DNA from: Candidatus Kapaibacterium sp.
GTDB lineage: Bacteria > Bacteroidota > Ignavibacteria > Kapaibacteriales > UBA2268
NCBI GenBank assembly: GCA_963665665.1
Contig: OY762428.1
Location: 4,544,001 to 4,608,000 of the forward strand
Length of the DNA stretch: 64,000 bases
Direction: 5' to 3'
The stretch's first letter is position 1, and every line of letters begins with the position of its first letter. Below are positions 39,933 through 49,684 of the stretch, piece by piece. Under the pieces are notes generated by a model. It had not been told where the DNA came from and searched no databases. It was given only the letters and a program-made list of their open reading frames with translations. The position numbers and the translations under genes were made by a program.

Positions 39933-40392
39933 CTCTTCTGAAATCTATATTCTCACACTACTATCATTTCTCTTCTATAACCATTTGTTTGTTTTGCCAT
40001 CGCTTTTTTCTGTCTGCAACCAGGGCTTGTACAACCCTGTAATAAAAAGATTCCAGAATTTTTTCAAAAATTTTATAAGCCCTGATTTCCATCTTATTCC
40101 TTGCCATCATATCCTACCAATCTGTGCATTTATATCCCAACTATCTGTTCAAGTATTCACATCACGATCTCATTTGCTTTATTACGAACTAACATGTCCC
40201 ATTCACTACCATTTGTATCATCCTATCATCCATAACCGAAACCGAGGAAAATTCAGGCGTTACCGTTTTGTCAAGATCAATGAATCCTATTCCGGGGGGA
40301 ATATGGTGGATGGATTCCGGGTTTCACAGTATAATCCTGCCATTTTACCTGAATTGTGTCAGGGCTTATAATTTTCAAAGATCAACTTGCTG
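39905..40392 (-). ncRNA. Candidate structured non-coding RNA (unassigned family)
   Basis: Nested inverted repeats, 8 GGA motifs in ~180 nt, upstream TGGCACG box and a terminator at the 3' end; see findings. Confidence 0.4.
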
Positions 40393-40402
40393 AGAAATAC
40401 TA

Positions 40403-40419
40403 TATAAATTGCGTGCCAA
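40403..40419 (-). promoter_or_regulatory. Sigma54-like -24 element
   Basis: TTGGCACGCAATTTATA: perfect TGGCACG, but -12 is AT rather than GC. Confidence 0.35.
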
Positions 40420-40703
40420 CAAATAAGTATCGGAGTCTGAAAATTCTGAAGTAAGGATTTATCTTGATTATAACTCTTGAAATTAGCTGTAGGACTTGAT
40501 TTGTGTTGTATGTGAAAATAATTTAATATTTATTAACAAGTTTGCTAATATCCATGGTAAAAAGTTTTTTAAAATAATATTTTCATTTATGAGAATTCCA
40601 ATTTTCAAATTCGACAATATTATTCCTCAATAATAATATCTTGCCGGAAATCAGATTTATATTTAATTTGTTTTTTTGTTTTTTAAAAAAAAGATGGAAA
40701 GAT

Positions 40704-41879
40704 ATGAAAGACTATGTAAAAAGCGAACAGGCAAATATATTTCAGACTTATAAACGCCTACCGGTTGTAGTTGAAAAAGCTGATGGCTGCCGTATAACTG
40801 ACAAAAAAGGAGATGTTTATCTTGATTTTCTGGGTGGTATTGCCGTTAATGCCCTTGGGTACGGGCATCCTGCGATATTAAAAGCCATACAGGAACAATC
40901 TGCAAGGTATCTGCACTTATCAAATTATTTTTATCAGGATATTCAAATTGAACTTGCTGAAAAATTAAAGGAAATGACTGGCTTCGACCGTGTTTTCTAT
41001 ACTAATTCCGGTACGGAAGCCAATGAAGGAGCTATTAAACTTATCAGGCGCTGGGGAAAAGATAAAGGCAAGAATGAGATAATTTCATTCTCTGGCGGAT
41101 TCCACGGCAGGACTTATGGCGCATTGTCAATGATGGATAAGCCTCATTACAAAGATGGCATGGGGCCTTTCCTCGACGGAATGAAAATAATTGAATATAA
41201 TAATATCTATGAGCTTGAGAAATCAGTAACCGACAAAACTGCAGCCGTTGTTCTGGAATTCCTGCAGGGCGAAGGCGGTATTTCCGCTCCCACAATAGAG
41301 TTTGTAGAAAAGATAAATGAACTGAAGGATAAGTTCGGATTCCTTGTTCTTGCAGATGAAATTCAGGCAGGTGTGGGCCGTACCGGTAAATTTTTTGGTT
41401 TTGAACATTATGATACTATGCCGGATATTGTTACTATGGCAAAAGGTATTGGCGGAGGTTTGCCGCTTGGGGCAATTCTTGGACGTGAAAACCTGGAAGG
41501 CATCTGGGAAAAGGGCATGCACGGAACTACTTATGGCGGTAACGCTCTTGCCTGCGCAACAGGCCTTGCTGTTCTTAAGGAACTGGAAAGCGGCCTGATG
41601 GAAAAAATTGTCGAGACAGGAAACTATCTGCACAGAAAGCTTGAAGAAATCAAAGAAGAATACCGCGAAAAAGTTCTCGAAGTACGGGGCAGGGGATTAA
41701 TGAAAGGCCTGCTGCTTTCTTTCGATGCCGGAATAATAGTAAATAAATTGGTTGAAAATAAAGCTATAGCAAATGCAGCGTCAGGTACAGTATTGCGCAT
41801 GGTTCCACCGCTGATAATTGATGAAAAAGACGTAGATGAATTTATTGCAATATTGAGGAAATGTTTAAATGATGTTTAA
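40704..41879 (+). CDS. argD: Acetylornithine aminotransferase (class III)
   Basis: YLDFLGGIAVNALG, NSGTEANE, FHGRT, DEIQAGVGRTG, AKGIGGG and HGTTYGGN motifs. Confidence 0.9.
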   Translation: MKDYVKSEQANIFQTYKRLPVVVEKADGCRITDKKGDVYLDFLGGIAVNALGYGHPAILKAIQEQSARYLHLSNYFYQDIQIELAEKLKEMTGFDRVFYTNSGTEANEGAIKLIRRWGKDKGKNEIISFSGGFHGRTYGALSMMDKPHYKDGMGPFLDGMKIIEYNNIYELEKSVTDKTAAVVLEFLQGEGGISAPTIEFVEKINELKDKFGFLVLADEIQAGVGRTGKFFGFEHYDTMPDIVTMAKGIGGGLPLGAILGRENLEGIWEKGMHGTTYGGNALACATGLAVLKELESGLMEKIVETGNYLHRKLEEIKEEYREKVLEVRGRGLMKGLLLSFDAGIIVNKLVENKAIANAASGTVLRMVPPLIIDEKDVDEFIAILRKCLNDV

Positions 41880-41937
41880 TTTTTTGATTTATGTATCCTT
41901 GGTTTAGGGTATTCATTAAATATTTAGTCGTGATTTT

Positions 41938-41966
41938 ATTACCCCGCTGTTTTGGGCGGGGTTAAT
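41938..41966 (+). terminator. Probable terminator hairpin
   Basis: ACCCCGCT/GGCGGGGT stem after argD; weak U-tract. Confidence 0.55.
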
Positions 41967-42039
41967 CATTTTAATATGATAAATTTTCTCCAAATATTTA
42001 TTCTGAAATAATTGTATTTTTGATAAATATCCTTCTTGT

Positions 42040-42066
42040 TAACTTTGCCCATTTTGTTTATTTTTG
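42040..42066 (+). promoter_or_regulatory. Bacteroidota-type -7 promoter boxes (TAnnTTTG)
   Basis: TAACTTTG at 42040 and TATTTTTG at 42059 upstream of the serA-like gene. Confidence 0.45.
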
Positions 42067-42140
42067 AAGTCTGGAATTGGTTGCATCAAAAAATGATATA
42101 AATTCCAATGATATTTTGATTTAATAACATTATTTATGGA

Positions 42141-43052
42141 GTGATCATGAAAGTTTTAGTTTCTGACGGAATTCACCCTCTCGGTGAAGAAGTTCTGAAA
42201 AATGCAGGCCTGGAAGTTGTAATGGAGAAATACTCTCCCGAAGATTTACTCGACAAAATCAAAGATTTTGATGCTATTATGGTTAGGTCAGCTACAAAGG
42301 TTCCGAAAGAAGTAATTGATGCCGGAAACCTGAAATGTATTGCCCGCGGCGGTGTTGGCCTTGATAATATTGATACAGCCTATGCAAAAGAAAAAGGCAT
42401 TCCCGTTCTTAATACTCCCGGCGCTTCTTCAATTTCAGTTGCTGAGCTTGCTATTGCCCACATGATGGGAATAGGCCGCTTCCTGCACCGCAGCCCGAAA
42501 GAAATGCAGGCTGGTAACTGGCCGAAAAAAGATTACAAAGCAGGCCGCGAAGTTACAGATAAAACTCTCGGACTTCTTGGTTTCGGAAACATTGGAAGGG
42601 AAACTGCAAAAAGAGCTCTCGGACTTGGTATGAAAGTTATTGCTTTCGATCCTTTTGTAAACGAAACTGATATGGATGTTAAGCTTGTCAGCAAAGAAGA
42701 AGTTCTTGCTAATTCAGATTATATTTCACTTCACATGCCTTTTATCAAAGCTGAAGGCCCGACACTGGACACTGCTGAATTCGCTAAAATGAAAAAAGGC
42801 GTTTGCATTATTAACTGTGCTCGCGGCGGCGTTGTTAAAGAATCAGCTCTTCTCGAAGCCCTGAATAACGGAACAGTTGACTATGCAGGTATAGACGTAT
42901 GGGAAACAGAACCTGCAGGCGAAGCCCAGATGGCTCTGATCAATCATCCTAACGTAATGGCTACACCTCACATTGGCGCTTCAACAAACGAAGCACAGAT
43001 CAGGGTTAGTACGGAAATCGCTCAGAAAGTTGTTGACTGCCTTAAAGGCTGA
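42141..43052 (+). CDS. serA: D-3-phosphoglycerate dehydrogenase, short form (D-2-hydroxyacid dehydrogenase family)
   Basis: VRSATKV, RGGVGLDNID, GFGNIG, NCARGG and TPHIGAST motifs; adjacent to DUF1015. Confidence 0.8.
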   Translation: MIMKVLVSDGIHPLGEEVLKNAGLEVVMEKYSPEDLLDKIKDFDAIMVRSATKVPKEVIDAGNLKCIARGGVGLDNIDTAYAKEKGIPVLNTPGASSISVAELAIAHMMGIGRFLHRSPKEMQAGNWPKKDYKAGREVTDKTLGLLGFGNIGRETAKRALGLGMKVIAFDPFVNETDMDVKLVSKEEVLANSDYISLHMPFIKAEGPTLDTAEFAKMKKGVCIINCARGGVVKESALLEALNNGTVDYAGIDVWETEPAGEAQMALINHPNVMATPHIGASTNEAQIRVSTEIAQKVVDCLKG

Positions 43053-43094
43053 TATAAATAGTTATAGTTAAATTGAACAAAAAATGAGGATATA

Positions 43095-44336
43095 ATGGCA
43101 GTATTTCGTCCGTTCAAAGCTTTCAGGCCCGTTCCTGAAAAAGCTGCCGATATTGCAGCAAAGCCTTACGACGTATTGAATTCAGATGAAGCCCGCGAAG
43201 AAGTTAAAGGCAAACCACTTTCTTTCCTTCATGTTGGCAAGCCCGAAATTGACCTTGACCCGTCAATCAGTTTATATGATCCGCAGGTTTACGAAAAAGG
43301 AAAAGAAAACCTTCAGAAACTTATCTCTGACGGCAACCTGGTAGAAGATGCCGAACCGTATTTCTATCTTTATTCACAGACAATGGACGGCCGCACTCAG
43401 TTCGGTTTTGTGGGCTGTGCATCCGTTGATGATTACTGGAAAGACGTAATCAAAAAGCACGAACACACTCGTAAAGTAAAAGAAGAAGACCGCTGTAATC
43501 ATGTTCGCGTAACTAACGCTCACTCCGGCCCTATCTTCCTTACATACAGGGATAATGCAAGGCTCCAGGAAATTATTGATACAGTTTCAAAAGAAAATCC
43601 TGATAACGACCACACTGCTGAAGACGGCATCCGCCACACTTCATGGGTGATCAATGACAAAGAAATGATTACTGAAATTGAAAAACTTTTCGGCGGCATT
43701 GACTATCTTTACGTTGCTGACGGACACCACCGCAGCGCTGCAGCCGGTATCGTTGGCCGCGAACGCCAGAAAGCAAACGACAACCACAAAGGCGATGAAG
43801 AGTATAACTTCTTCCTTGCTGTATGCTTCCCGGGCACACACCTTTATATCATGGATTACAACCGCGTTGTTAAAGACCTTAACGGCCACACAAGCGAAGA
43901 ATTTATGAAACTTCTTGGCGGGAAATTCTCGATTGAAGAAGCTGAAGGCCAGTTCAAACCTACAGAAAAAGGCCAGGTTGGCATGTACATCGAAAACAAA
44001 TGGTACAAACTTACTGCAAACGAAGAATTCCTGAACAACACAGACCCGGTTGAAAGCCTGGACGTAGCTATTCTTCAGCGTGAGGTTCTTACTCCGGTTC
44101 TTGCTATCGACGACCCCCGCACAAGCGAAAGAATAGACTTCGTTGGCGGTATCCGCGGCCTTGGCGAACTTGAAAAGAGAGTTAACTCAGGCGAAATGAA
44201 ACTTGCTTTTGCAATGTACCCGACATCAGTTAACGAACTGATGGCAATTGCAGACGCAGAAAAGATCATGCCTCCGAAATCCACGTGGTTTGAACCTAAG
44301 CTCCGCGACGGGCTTTTCGTTCACTTCCTTGACTAA
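43095..44336 (+). CDS. DUF1015-family protein
   Basis: PYDVLNS, IKKHEHT, YVADGHHRSA and MPPKSTWFEPKLRDGL motifs. Confidence 0.93.
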   Translation: MAVFRPFKAFRPVPEKAADIAAKPYDVLNSDEAREEVKGKPLSFLHVGKPEIDLDPSISLYDPQVYEKGKENLQKLISDGNLVEDAEPYFYLYSQTMDGRTQFGFVGCASVDDYWKDVIKKHEHTRKVKEEDRCNHVRVTNAHSGPIFLTYRDNARLQEIIDTVSKENPDNDHTAEDGIRHTSWVINDKEMITEIEKLFGGIDYLYVADGHHRSAAAGIVGRERQKANDNHKGDEEYNFFLAVCFPGTHLYIMDYNRVVKDLNGHTSEEFMKLLGGKFSIEEAEGQFKPTEKGQVGMYIENKWYKLTANEEFLNNTDPVESLDVAILQREVLTPVLAIDDPRTSERIDFVGGIRGLGELEKRVNSGEMKLAFAMYPTSVNELMAIADAEKIMPPKSTWFEPKLRDGLFVHFLD

Positions 44337-44361
44337 TATTATCTTTATTGATTAGTTTAAA

Positions 44362-44390
44362 TCATCCGATGGCTTTAAGTCATCGGATGA
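44362..44390. repeat. REP-like palindrome TCATCCGATGRCTTTAAGTCATCGGATGA
   Basis: Same palindrome at 46815, 48243 and 49697. Confidence 0.85.
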
Positions 44391-44411
44391 GTAATTGAAG
44401 CAGAAAACTAA

Positions 44412-44446
44412 AAGATGTCCGATACCTTCGGGGTGTCGGGCATCTT
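44412..44446 (+). terminator. Strong hairpin after DUF1015 gene
   Basis: AAGATGTCCGATACC-TTCGG-GGTGTCGGGCATCTT; G-U pairs favour the + strand. Confidence 0.6.
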
Positions 44447-45309
44447 GGTTATTGGGATGGTATCCCACCGAGAGCATCGCAAATTTCAATAGCCACGTGC
44501 TTTAGCGCGTGGATAAATGTGCAAGGTGCGGAGGCAAAGCAAGAAAACCTCCCCTGTATTCCCCTCCTACTTTAGGAGGGGATAAGAAGTTAAATATCAT
44601 AAGATTAACTCCCCCTCCTTCCGAAGGAGGGGGTCGGGGGGAGGTAGGAAGGGTCGAAAGCAAAGCACCGATGTTTGATGATATTTCCGCCTTGTTTCGA
44701 AGCAAAGAAAGAAAACCACCCCTATAATCCCCTCCTACTTTAGGAGGGGATAAGAAGTTAAATATCATAGAATTAACTCCCCCTCCTTTTGAAGGAGGGG
44801 GCCGGGGGGAGGTAGGAAGGGTCGAAAGCAAAGAACCAATGGTTTAACCTATTGCTGCCTTGGTCTAAGTTATTGTACTGATGTTTGAAGATAATGAACT
44901 CTTGTTCGACACTATTGCAGCAATGTTTTGCTTTATTGCCGCCTTGGTCGGAGTTATTGACGCCTTGGTCGAAGTCATTGCCGCCTTGGTCGGAGTCATT
45001 GAGGTCTTGTTTGCACCTATTGCAGCAATGTTTTGCTTTATTGCCGCCTTGGTCGAAGTTAATGCTGCCCTGTTTCAAATCATTGTACTGATGTTTGAAG
45101 TTATTGCCGCCTTATTCTTCTTCAAAGCCCTCTCCTTCGGGGAGGGTTTGGGAGGGGTCGAAATCATTGATGCCTTGGTCTAAGTCATTGCAGCAATGTT
45201 TTTCTTCAAAGCCCTCCCCTTCGGGGAGGGTTTGGGAGGGGTCAGAGGCAATGCACCGATGTTCAGTGATAATGAACTCTTGTTTGAAGCTATTGCAGCA
45301 ATGTTTTGC

Positions 45310-45624
45310 TTTATTGATGCCTTGTTCGGAGTCATTGATGCCTTGTTCGGAGTCATTGCCGCCTTGGTCGGAGTCATTGACGCCTTGTTTGGAGTTATTG
45401 ATGCCTTGGTCGAAGTTATTGACCCCTTGGTCGAAGTTATTGACCCCTTGGTCGAAGTCATTGATGCCTTGGTCGGAGTCATTGACGCCTTGTTTGGAGT
45501 TATTGATGCCTTGTTTGGAGTTATTGATGCCTTGGTTGAAGTTATTGACGCCTTGGTTGAAGTCATTGATGCTTTGGTCGGAGTTATTGACGCCTTGTTT
45601 GAAGGCATTGAACTCTTGGTCGGA
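45310..45624 (-). repeat. 21-bp tandem array B, copy 2 (15 units; further degenerate units extend to ~44820)
   Basis: GCCTTGGTCGGAGTCATTGAT-type units on the + strand. Confidence 0.95.
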
Positions 45625-45632
45625 GGCAAAGA

Positions 45633-45878
45633 ACATGTTCAGTAAGATCAACCAAGTGTTCAGTAAGGTCAACCAAGTGTTCAGTAAGATCAACCAAGTG
45701 TTCAGTAAGATCAACCAAGTGTTCAGTAAGATCAACCAAGTGTTCAGTAAAGCCAACCAAGTGTTCAATAAGGTCAACCAAGTGTTCAGTAAAGCCAACC
45801 AAGTGTTCAGTAAAGCCAACCAAGTGTTCAGTAAGGTCAACCAAGTGTTCAGTAAAGCCAACCAAGTGTTCAATGAGG
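45633..45878 (-). repeat. 21-bp tandem array A, copy 2 (11 units + partial)
   Basis: AACCAAGTGTTCAGT + AAGATC/AAGGTC/AAAGCC on the + strand. Confidence 0.97.
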
Positions 45879-46672
45879 CCAAATTTCACTACATTAAGGC
45901 CAAACAGTAGTTCAATACCACCGGCCAGGGCAGTTTAAAGCCCTGCAATCCAAGCAATTAGCCCAAACATCAGGATTCTGGTTCAAAACAGCATTGAAAT
46001 AAGGAGATTATTCGATTCATTGAAACCACAGGATGAGGAATTAAGGCCGACGTCCTGTTCATTGGGGTGGAAAAACGGGTAAACTGAGCAAAAAAATGAG
46101 GTATGATGTTGTCATTCCCCGACACGTCGGGGCAGGCTTCCGGAGCTTGCGACCGAAGAATCCATCTTCGTTTGCAGATAGTGTAATAAGAATGGATTCT
46201 TCGCTGGCGCTCAGAATGACCTTCCAGCCTTATAATCGTCAAATTCAATAGCCACGTGCTTTAGCTCGTGGATAAGGGAGGCAAAGAAAAAGAATCCCCC
46301 CCAGCCTGTCCCGACGTGTCGGGAACTCGCTGCGCTCGCCACCCCTCAACGAGGGGAATTTTCCGGAAGTCCACCCTCGGCCTTTCCCGACTCGTCGGCG
46401 CCAGCGTTGGACAGGTGATGTTTAATTACTTTTTAATCAATGTTCCTGAATTATGAAATATTATCATTGTTATAAAATATTGCTTGCATCCGTGAAAAAT
46501 TATTTGTAGATTAATATTGAATTTATTATTACAAGTGGAATGTGGTTGCAGCGGAGACAAGGACATTTACCACTGAAAAAATAATGCACTTATTAATTTG
46601 AAAAACAGAGGTTCTTGATATTTACCCCTCGGTTGGGGACATTATTTTATTAACTTTTATTGAGGTTTTCTT

Positions 46673-46801
46673 ATGAAATATCTTATCGGCGAAACCCGCA
46701 TGATGCTTAACATATCGAACTTAAGCTCCGGCGCTTATTTATATTCAATTACTATCGACGGATTTAACCTTAATACGGGTAAATTTATTATCACGAGATA
46801 G
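46673..46801 (+). pseudogene. 42-aa remnant of a T9SS-secreted protein (start fused to CTD tail)
   Basis: MKYLIGETRMMLNISNLSSGAYLYSITIDGFNLNTGKFIITR*; GAGG upstream; not in the ORF track. Confidence 0.7.
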
Positions 46802-46919
46802 TTCTTTCAAGAATTCATCCGATGACTTTATGTCATCGGATGAGTTCTATATTCTTAATTTAACCTGTGGGTTAACCCACAGGTTTCAAAATTATTATAA
46901 AAAAAATCAGCTATCAACA

Positions 46920-48230
46920 ATGAAAAAATATATTATTCTTTTTCTACTAATTTTTATTTTCAGCAGCTATTCCCAGGTTGTCTGGGAGCGGGTTTATTAT
47001 AAGCATTATGACGAGATAATATATAAAATCTGCAGCCCGGATTCAACCGATTGCCTTGTACTGATGCAGGATACCGGGCTTACTACTGTGATTGGAACAA
47101 GGGACATGGGCAAAACATGGGAACTGGTTTATGAACAACCTGCATGGATTCATGTAAAAACAGATCATTTTGAACCACGGAATATGGCATATCCTGACAG
47201 CAACCATTTGTACATTAGTTATGACCGAGGGGCAATAAGGCGCAGCCATGACAGGGGGAAAACATTTGATACGGTAAGGCTTGGGACGCAGTGGCAACTT
47301 GATTTCCTGCAAATGATTGATTCAGTTAAAGGTATGGCTTGCGATTATACAGAAATTTTTTTAACTGACAACGGATGGGACAGCTATAAAAGAATAAATG
47401 TTGATTCTATCCTGCCTGAATATTTTTTATTTCCTCGGGCAATATATATGCACAGCCTTGATACATTTGATTTTATGTCTTCAAATAAGGATGTGATTTA
47501 TTTCAGGACTTGTGACGGCGGTGAAACATGGGATATTAATATCCTGGAAGAAGATCAACAGGAAAGATATAATATGCGTTCAATCTTTTATATTAACAGG
47601 GATATCGGGTGGATGGCAGGGTACAGGAAACGACTTAATGCAGGCGATCAAAGATCCGATGTACTTTTTAAAACAACAGACGGCGGCAAAACATGGAAAA
47701 ATGTTTACGAACAAAATAACGAACCACAATTTGGTTTAAGCGAGGTTGTTTTTACAGACGAGATGAACGGCGTGGCAGTTGGCGGCTGGGGAGTAAAAAT
47801 ACTACGAACAACTGATGGGGGCGATTCCTGGATACAGGACAGCAGCGTTTTGGGTGAATACCCTGCAATATTCCAATGCGTGGGGACAATAGGTTCGAAA
47901 TTTATTGTCGGTTCTTTTGGCCGCGGACTGCTTATGATGCCTGACCCTGTTGGCGTAAAAAATTTGGCAGAGAACAGCCGGGCGGAAGTTTACCCCAATC
48001 CTTCTTCGGGAATGGTAACGCTAAGCTACGAACAGGAGCACGCCGGCACAGCCACCCTTGAGGTATTGGGCCTCAGCGGCCGCCTTGTATTCAGCGAAAA
48101 GGCTTCTTATCGTCCGCCCGGCGTTTATACCGAGCGAATAAACGGTTCGGGTCTTGCCCCCGGTTTGTACTATTACCGCCTGTCCCTTCCCAAAAAGGAA
48201 TTAAGCGGCTGCATTGTGATTGTAAGGTAG
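46920..48230 (+). CDS. YCF48/BNR-repeat beta-propeller protein with T9SS CTD (paralog 1)
   Basis: Signal peptide; TxDGGKTW Asp-box repeats; VYPNP...LAPGLYYYRL CTD. Confidence 0.88.
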   Translation: MKKYIILFLLIFIFSSYSQVVWERVYYKHYDEIIYKICSPDSTDCLVLMQDTGLTTVIGTRDMGKTWELVYEQPAWIHVKTDHFEPRNMAYPDSNHLYISYDRGAIRRSHDRGKTFDTVRLGTQWQLDFLQMIDSVKGMACDYTEIFLTDNGWDSYKRINVDSILPEYFLFPRAIYMHSLDTFDFMSSNKDVIYFRTCDGGETWDINILEEDQQERYNMRSIFYINRDIGWMAGYRKRLNAGDQRSDVLFKTTDGGKTWKNVYEQNNEPQFGLSEVVFTDEMNGVAVGGWGVKILRTTDGGDSWIQDSSVLGEYPAIFQCVGTIGSKFIVGSFGRGLLMMPDPVGVKNLAENSRAEVYPNPSSGMVTLSYEQEHAGTATLEVLGLSGRLVFSEKASYRPPGVYTERINGSGLAPGLYYYRLSLPKKELSGCIVIVR

Positions 48231-48361
48231 TTCTTTCGATAGCTCATCCGATGACTTTAAGTCATCGGATGAGTTCTATATTCTTAATTTAACCTGTGGG
48301 TTAACCCACAGGTTTTCAAAAACAGACGGAAAATTCTTCAACATTATTTCTGATATCAACA

Positions 48362-49684
48362 ATGAAAAAATATATTATTCTATTTCTTCTTATTTTTATT
48401 TTCAGCAGCTATTCCCAGGTTGTCTGGGAGCGGGTATATAATGGTAAAGTGCCTTACAATGGTACCGTTTATAAAATTTGTTGTCCTGATTCTAATGATT
48501 GTCTTGTTCTGATGCAGGATACCGGTTTTACTACCGTGATTGGTACAAGGGATATGGGCAAAACATGGGAACTGGTTTATGAAGACCCTTCCTGGCAAGG
48601 AATTCGCACTGATCATTTTAAACCCTGGAATATGGCGTATCCGGACAGTAACCACTTGTATATTAGTTATGACCGAGGGGCGATCAGGCGCAGCCATGAC
48701 AGGGGGAGAACATTCGATACTGTGAGGCTTGGGACGCAATGGCAACTTGAGTTTCTGCAAATGATAGATTCAGTTAAAGGAATGGCTTGCGATTATACAG
48801 AAATTTTTTTAACTGACAACGGATGGGACAGCTATAAAAGAATAAATGTTGATTCTATCCTGCCTGAATATTTTTTATTTCCTCGGGCAATATATATGCA
48901 CAGCCTTGATACATTTGATTTTGTATCTTCCAATAAGGATGTAATATATTTCAGGACTTGTGACGGAGGCGAAACATGGGATATTAATATTCTGGAAGAA
49001 GATCAAGCGGAAATCTACCATCTATCATCCATATTTTATATAAACAGGGATATTGGTTGGATGGCAGGCAACAGAGACCTGCCCCTTGCAGATGATCAAA
49101 GGGCTGACGTACTTTTTAAAACTACCGACGGCGGCAAAACATGGAACAATGTTTACGAGAAAGAAAACGCACCCAAATTCGGCCTACGCGGGGTTGTATT
49201 TACAGACGAAATGAACGGAGTGGCCGTTGGCGGCTGGGGCAATAAAATTCTTAGTACATTTGACGGGGGCGATATCTGGATTCAGGACAGCATTACCGGC
49301 ATACCTGAAGGTTATTATCCGATTTACCAAACTGTATCAACAATAGGAAAAGAATTTATTATTGGATATTATAACCAGGGCTTACTAATGCGGAAAACAA
49401 TATTATCTGCCGGTGAGTCTGAATCTAAGAGCAGCGCCAGCGTTTACCCCAATCCTTCTTCGGGAATGGTAACGCTAAGCTACGAGCAGGAGCGCGCGGG
49501 CATCGCCAAGCTTGATGTATTGGGCCTCAGTGGCCGCTTAGTATTTAGCGAAAAGGCTTCCTATCGTCCGCCCGGCGTTTATACCGAGCGTATTAACGGT
49601 TCGGGTCTTGCCCCCGGTATGTACTATTACCGCCTGTCCCTTCCCACAAAGGAACTCAGCGGCTGCATTGTGATTGTAAGGTAG
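48362..49684 (+). CDS. YCF48/BNR-repeat beta-propeller protein with T9SS CTD (paralog 2)
   Basis: Same architecture, highly similar to paralog 1. Confidence 0.88.
   Translation: MKKYIILFLLIFIFSSYSQVVWERVYNGKVPYNGTVYKICCPDSNDCLVLMQDTGFTTVIGTRDMGKTWELVYEDPSWQGIRTDHFKPWNMAYPDSNHLYISYDRGAIRRSHDRGRTFDTVRLGTQWQLEFLQMIDSVKGMACDYTEIFLTDNGWDSYKRINVDSILPEYFLFPRAIYMHSLDTFDFVSSNKDVIYFRTCDGGETWDINILEEDQAEIYHLSSIFYINRDIGWMAGNRDLPLADDQRADVLFKTTDGGKTWNNVYEKENAPKFGLRGVVFTDEMNGVAVGGWGNKILSTFDGGDIWIQDSITGIPEGYYPIYQTVSTIGKEFIIGYYNQGLLMRKTILSAGESESKSSASVYPNPSSGMVTLSYEQERAGIAKLDVLGLSGRLVFSEKASYRPPGVYTERINGSGLAPGMYYYRLSLPTKELSGCIVIVR

Larger units (their letters stand above)
44478..46418 (-). repeat. Composite repeat element, copy 2 (inverted relative to copy 1)
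   Basis: Reverse complement shares REP units, the core segment and arrays A and B with 28910-30795. Confidence 0.9.

Noticed and set aside
40240-40325. RNase P (GAGGAAAATTC) or tmRNA 3' end (TCCACCA on the minus strand)
   Set aside because: Only short partial matches; the remaining conserved P4 or T-arm elements are absent.
39985-40371. 128-aa plus-strand ORF
   Set aside because: TTG start without RBS, located after the murC terminator; the His/Ile/Pro-rich composition reflects the pyrimidine skew of this strand.
28910-46418. Composite transposon formed by the two inverted elements
   Set aside because: Neither copy encodes a transposase, no target-site duplication was found, and the enclosed genes are core housekeeping.
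46535-46640. Possible riboswitch upstream of the T9SS remnant (GTGGAATGT...ACATTTACCAC; CCCCTC...TGGGG)
   Set aside because: Two modest hairpins only; I could not match a known aptamer consensus.
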